DNA from: Macrostomum lignano
Lineage: Eukaryota
Direction of reading: 5' to 3'
NCBI GenBank assembly: GCA_002269645.1
Contig: NIVC01005215.1
Span: forward strand, 1-20,906
Length of the DNA stretch: 20,906 nt
The notes under the pieces: generated by a model
The model's input: only the letters and a program-made list of their open reading frames with translations
Told to the model about the DNA's origin: nothing
The model's database searches: none
Shown: in pieces, positions 19,214 through 20,906 of the stretch
Position numbering within the stretch: position 1 is the first letter of the stretch
How the letters are laid out: every line of letters starts with the position of its first letter
Program-made: the position numbers and the translations under genes

Positions 19214-19528
19214 TCACATAAAAATTTCACTTTCATTCTCTGAATCACTGGTTTCATATGAACTATTTGTTGATTCGGAATCTGTTGATCTAACCTCCCA
19301 ATCATCCGAATTTAAATAATCTCCAAGTTGAAATATTAACTCACCCTCTTGTTCTAAATCATACATCTCATCTAGCTCTAATGGATAAAGCTTTAGGTCA
19401 TGCTTGTCGTCATATTTTAAATAAACTTCATCAATTATTCCATTCAAAATATGTTGTTTTATTATCTCTGCATTTTTAGCAACAGTCTCAAAAGTATCAC
19501 TAACAGAAAAGGTGTAAACTCGGGTCAT
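19214..19528 (-). CDS. Acidic Ser-rich hypothetical protein (104 aa)
   Basis: Intact ORF starting just inside the right TIR, with AAAAATG context. Confidence 0.6.
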   Translation of the reverse strand: MTRVYTFSVSDTFETVAKNAEIIKQHILNGIIDEVYLKYDDKHDLKLYPLELDEMYDLEQEGELIFQLGDYLNSDDWEVRSTDSESTNSSYETSDSENESEIFM

Positions 19529-19545
19529 TTTTAGTAACAGAAAAA

Positions 19546-19851
19546 GACCCTTCGCGCCTGCGGCGCGGGCAAGGGGTTATAGAGTAGTAGTATAGAAAAA
19601 GACGCTTCTAGATCAGACCTTATTTTAATGGCCGTTTGTAAGGTCTTAAGAGGGGGGACGCGAGGGGAGTGTTGGGGAGTGTTTGGAAGTTTTGGGAATG
19701 ATTTTTATTGTTAGGGTGATTATGGGTGATTAGATGTGTTAAGGGTGTTTAGATGTGTTTTTTTATTTACCCCCCGTGTCCCCCCTCTAGACCCTTAAAA
19801 CGGTAATTAAAAAAGTGCTCTGGGTCTAGAAGCGTCTTTTTCTATACTACT
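19546..19851 (-). repeat. Right terminal inverted repeat (306 bp)
   Basis: Ends GCGTCTTTTTCTATACTACT and matches the left TIR inward to GACCC at 19546. Confidence 0.95.
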
Positions 19852-20906
19852 GTCCTCTGCCTGTCTTCAATAAGTATTTCCTGCACTCATTTTGCCTCAG
19901 AGTATTGGTTAGCGACTTCGATGAATGCTTTCAAGGCCAGCTAGGATTCAAGGCGAGCGGAAAGAAAGAATAATTTTCTTCCCACGAGCGATATGAGCAG
20001 CTCCCAGTGCCGTTTGCGTGACAATTCATCAAGGGTGCCGAATGCGTCAGTCAGTCTTTCAACCCGAATTTTTTTCGGCTGCTGCGGTCTTGGAAATGTA
20101 TGGGAAAATGGTTAAATATATAGAACAGGCCGTGTCAGAAAACTGGGATTTCAGCGGTTTAGCAGGATCAGAATGCGATGTCAATAATACTAGTGCAGAG
20201 GAAAACACAACACCGGAGATGTCCCAGGCACCTGATCTTTTAAAGTAGCATTCAGTTCAAACCGAGTAACTCCAAATTAAAAGGGGTAGGTCGACAAAAG
20301 GAGCGATACAAAGGTTAGTAGGTCGCTTAACCCTCGCAGAGGAACAGTGAGAGCAAACAGATTTTTAATATTCGAACGCGCTGAAGAGGCAGTGAATAAG
20401 GGAACTGAAAACCCGAGGCTGGTTGCGGCTGCCGATCTGATTAGCTGCATCAAGGGACTTGAGCAAAATCGGAGCTCATTTGCATGCTAGCTATGGCTCC
20501 TATAATTCCTTACAGCGCTTATACATGTAGTCGTAGATTTAGTCTCTAGAGACGCTGAAGTCAAGGGGTTCCGCGTGCCTCGACCCTTCCGCCCTCCAGG
20601 CTCTAAATGGCACCGTAATCCTACTGAGATTGGCATCTCAGGAATAAAAAACGCTGGTTTCCTAAAAAGCCTCGCCTTCAAAAGCTATTCAAGTCTGACA
20701 GAAGTGGTGCAGGTCTTTGGTTTGCTTTTGATGCGACCTACAAACCAACAGACAGCTTATATGTGCTTTATCTGGCTCATAATAAGTTCTGAATATGCAT
20801 GAATCAGAATGCCCACTATGATACCTTTCAACGGATGTTCCGCACTTCAGTGGGCCAACAATCGACGACTACGTGCTCATTCATCTGTTCGAGGATTCAT
20901 ACGAGA

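Larger units (their letters stand above)
2141..19851. mobile_element. Polinton/Maverick (adintovirus-like) endogenous element, full length
   Basis: AGTAGT...ACTACT termini and about 305-bp TIRs, with pPolB, RVE integrase, adenain, A32-like ATPase, MCP and penton between them. The element is AT-rich relative to its flanks. Confidence 0.97.

Noticed and set aside
2141-19851. A cognate DNA methyltransferase for the nuclease
   Set aside because: No FxGxG plus PC/ENV or DPPY/NPPY motif set was found in any ORF, including the repaired frames.
20018-20802. Short ORFs in the right flank
   Set aside because: They are 64-76 aa with no recognisable motif and lie outside the TIR; no assignment is supportable.

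Overview
Eukaryotic genomic window. A complete 17.7-kb Polinton/Maverick (adintovirus-like) element spans 2141-19851, with AGTAGT...ACTACT termini and 305/306-bp TIRs. It sits between host satellite arrays on the left and unassigned host DNA on the right. The core genes are all recognisable: protein-primed PolB, adenain protease, penton, A32-like ATPase, double jelly-roll MCP and an RVE integrase, which is fused behind a parvovirus-type PLA2 domain. About 19 single-base frameshifts, mostly in short base runs, split these genes and look more like sequencing error than decay. The main discovery is a three-part system. (1) A methylase-less Eco47II/Sau96I-like (GGNCC) endonuclease gene lies at 16874-17377. 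(2) By manual scan, no GGNCC site occurs anywhere in the element. (3) A 333-nt IC1-type group I intron (17484-17816) sits exactly between the Gly and Pro codons of the PLA2 Ca2+-loop, the one place where GGNCC cannot be avoided by synonymous codon change. Other notable features are a dispersed family of 28-32-bp double-hairpin insertions (in-frame in the ATPase, and in PolB once one missing C is restored), TIRs that each carry a second inverted copy of the terminus, and a phage-like fibre with two glycan-binding folds. All assignments come from manual motif reading; no searches were run.
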